NCBI GenBank assembly: GCA_002633005.1
Contig: NMRA01000442.1
Location: 307,074 to 371,073 of the forward strand
Source: Phoronis australis
Lineage: Eukaryota > Animalia > Phoronida
DNA: 64,000 bases
Direction: 5' to 3'
The notes under the pieces are model-generated. The model was not told the origin of the DNA and made no database searches. It worked only from the letters and a program-made list of their open reading frames with translations. Of this stretch, positions 61,625 through 64,000 are shown piece after piece. Positions within the stretch are counted from its first letter, which is position 1; each line of letters begins with the position of its first letter. The position numbers and the translations under genes were made by a program.

Positions 61625-63008
61625 GTTTTTCTAAAGAGTCAACAACTTTGTCTGATGGAGAAGGTAATGACAACAGGAGGTGCGTTAATTTAGGCAAAAC
61701 AAACGATTTAACTACGGTTATTTTTCCTAGCGTAGTGAGCGATCTCCTGGACCAACACGTCAAATCTCTGTAAATCTCTTGTATTTTGACATTGTAATTT
61801 AAGTCTGGAATTTCTGATAAATTTGTGCTAAATGTGACTCCCAGAATTGAGAATTTTTGTTTTTGCCAAGATAAATTTAATTCTGGACACAAGCGCAATT
61901 CACTTCCCCTCATCCGACCTATCCAAATACAATGAGTTTTTTCTACATTTGGTCTCAGACCAGAGAATTTGTGAAATTGGTCCAGGAGATCAAGCGAGTA
62001 TTTTAAGGATTCTGTTGTACCATCTAAAAACAAAACCGTGTCATCTGCATATTGCAGAAGCTTAAGGTCGTTGACATCTGGGATGCCAATACCTTTTATA
62101 TTTTTATTTTCACGAAACATAATGGCCATTATTTCAACACAAATGATAAAAAGATAGGGGGACACAGGATCACCTTGTTTACATCCGCGACCAATTTTGA
62201 AGTATTCTGAAGTTATGCCGTGCTGGATCACACAAAGTGTAGCGTTTGAATTTAGTAAGCGCACCCAATCAATTAGGTTTTTACCAAAGTTGAAAAAAGA
62301 TAGGGTTTTGTAGATCATTTTCCACGAAATGGAATCGAAGGCTTTCTCAAAGTCAATTTGAACTATCAGACCGGGTATATCATATTCTTCTGAGCAATTT
62401 AAAATGTCGTAGATGGTTCTAATATTTTCACCAATAAACCTCCCCTTGATAAAGCCTTTCTGATTTTCATGAATGATTTTGGTAATGACGCTTTTAATAC
62501 GATGTGCAATACAACCTGATAAAACTTTATAACTTGTATTTAAGAGAGAAATGGGGCGCCAATTGCTCAAGAATTCACGCGGCTTTTTACCTTTTGGAAT
62601 AATAGTGATCACGCCCTGAATTTGACTTGGGGGCATGGAACCACGAGCAAAACTGTTATTAAATGAATTAACCAAAAATACAGATAAATCATTCCAAAAA
62701 AATTTAAAGAATTCCACACTAAAACCATCAGGGCCAGGGGACTTATCATTTTTCATCAATTTGATCACATTGAGTGCTTCGGACACTGTGATCTCGCCGT
62801 CTAAACGCTTACTATCGTCATTGGTTAATCGTGGAACATGTAGTGACGGCGGGAACAGAGCGTTCAAATTAACGTCATCAAGGAGATCATCTTTACATGC
62901 ATAGAGAGATTTATAAAAATCGCAAATGTTATGTAGAAGTGCACTTTGCTCGGTGATTGTAGTATTCTTGTGAGTGTCAATAACTAATTTAGTAACATTT
63001 TTATGACA
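61625..63008 (-). mobile_element. 5'-truncated non-LTR retrotransposon ORF2 (L1/Tx1 clade reverse transcriptase); 3' part runs into an assembly gap
   Basis: Uninterrupted frame with FYKSLY, KSPGPDG, WRPISLLN, QKGF, DFEKAFD, GCKQGDPVSPYLF, QYADD, and L1-type WSRRSLTTLGKITVVKS..LPKL. Confidence 0.92.
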
Positions 63009-63009
63009 T

Positions 63010-63560
63010 CTAAATATTAGTCTTCTTTGCAGTTCTTGTGCAACAACATTGATGTTGACGTCTTGACCCTGATCTTCTTGGGGGGGATATTAACATTGTC
63101 TCCATTCATTCATGTTGTGCATCATATAAAGCAACACAATTTTAACCATGACAGTCAGGTCGCCCCCTTACATGACAGTTTATGCTGATGCACAGAAAAT
63201 GTTTCTTCAGGGCCCCAAAATCCCTGTCTATACTTCCTAGATTTGTGGGCGATATTATAATGCACCTGTACACCTATGGCAGGTCGCAGTGCAAGGGTCA
63301 GTAGATATCTTTCACATGCATGTCCATTGTTGCCAAGGAGTTAACCCCAGTTCCTACCATTTAAAAGATTTTCTGCCCGCATGTTGTTGCGAAATATTGT
63401 GTTGTTATGGGTTGATGCAAGAAAGTGAATTACGGCATTGTGAAACATTGGTCCTCAGTTACTTCCTGTACAATCAATGAATAAGACCCCTTCTGGTTGA
63501 TAGATATGGTCGGATTCCTGATTCCTCGTCTACAAGCAATTTTTGTGTGTGTACCATCAC
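63010..63560 (-). mobile_element. Degenerate PIF/Harbinger (HARBI1-like DDE) transposase remnant
   Basis: Manual translation with stops and frameshifts gives DGTHTKI...NQKGSYSLIVQ...STHNNTIFRN...LLGNNGH...YLLT...YNIAH...FGALKKHF, collinear with Harbinger motifs DGTHI/NRKG..S.NVQ/STHD/LLGDSGY/YN.AH/FG.LK.RF. Confidence 0.75.
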
Positions 63561-63609
63561 TACAATTGAGTATATATATCTCACGTAAGTCTGTGTCAAC
63601 CATGCTTTA

Positions 63610-63854
63610 CTATACCAAACCTAGGTCTAACCTGTTCTAAAGTCAAACCTAGTTAAGGTCTTATTGCAGGTCTAAGGGATTTAAACCTCGGTGGTGAAAT
63701 GAAAACTGGCTTAGATGAGGTTTAAACTGGAGTTAAACCAGGTTTTACTAGACCACTGATCTAACAATTAATCCAACTTAATGAAACACAGATTATCTTT
63801 AAACCTGGTCTAAGTCCAATTTAAACCAGGTTTAACCAACTTGATGAAATTGCC
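63610..63854. mobile_element. Probable subterminal/terminal region of the Harbinger element; matching end at about 61165-61246
   Basis: Clustered AAACCAGGTTT/AAACCTGGT palindromic motifs at both locations; partial inverted match ATTTCAT...TGGTT. Confidence 0.5.
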
Positions 63855-64000
63855 TGTCAAGTCCAGCCATTCACCCCTTAATTACAATTCGCATTCAAAT
63901 GCACCCAGTAAGCTAGAAAGGTCATCCCACTGCATTTAACGTCATAACCAGTACATTGGCAATGACTGAAATCCTCCACAGTTAGGAATTGGTATTCACG

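Noticed and set aside
63584-63603. ATG...C|gtgaga as the UNC79 start exon
   Set aside because: The peptide MVDTDL does not resemble recalled UNC79 N-termini and lies inside the Harbinger relic.

Overview
AT-rich genomic DNA from an animal, probably a highly heterozygous invertebrate draft assembly; the taxon cannot be determined from the sequence. The window is almost entirely one minus-strand spliced gene, UNC79 (unc-79/dunc79), the large scaffold subunit of the NALCN sodium-leak channel complex. I traced 36 coding exons by eye from 59501 down to 718. Their intron phases chain consistently; all acceptors are AG and all donors GT except one probable GC donor. The short start-codon exon was not located, and the gene continues past position 1. 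Five exons appear twice, each time beside a single-N contig join, most likely uncollapsed haplotypes. Introns hold minisatellites, tRNA-derived SINEs, hairpin MITEs, an RTE-X-like LINE relic, a THAP relic, and an L1/Tx1 RT fragment nested in a decayed Harbinger element. I found no new multi-gene system. The best leads concern splicing: a diverged partial exon duplicate with largely synonymous changes, an intronic hairpin arm complementary to a 5' splice site, a minisatellite made of repeated 3' splice sites, inverted repeats flanking exons, and a GC-AG intron. Family assignments come from recalled motifs, not database searches.
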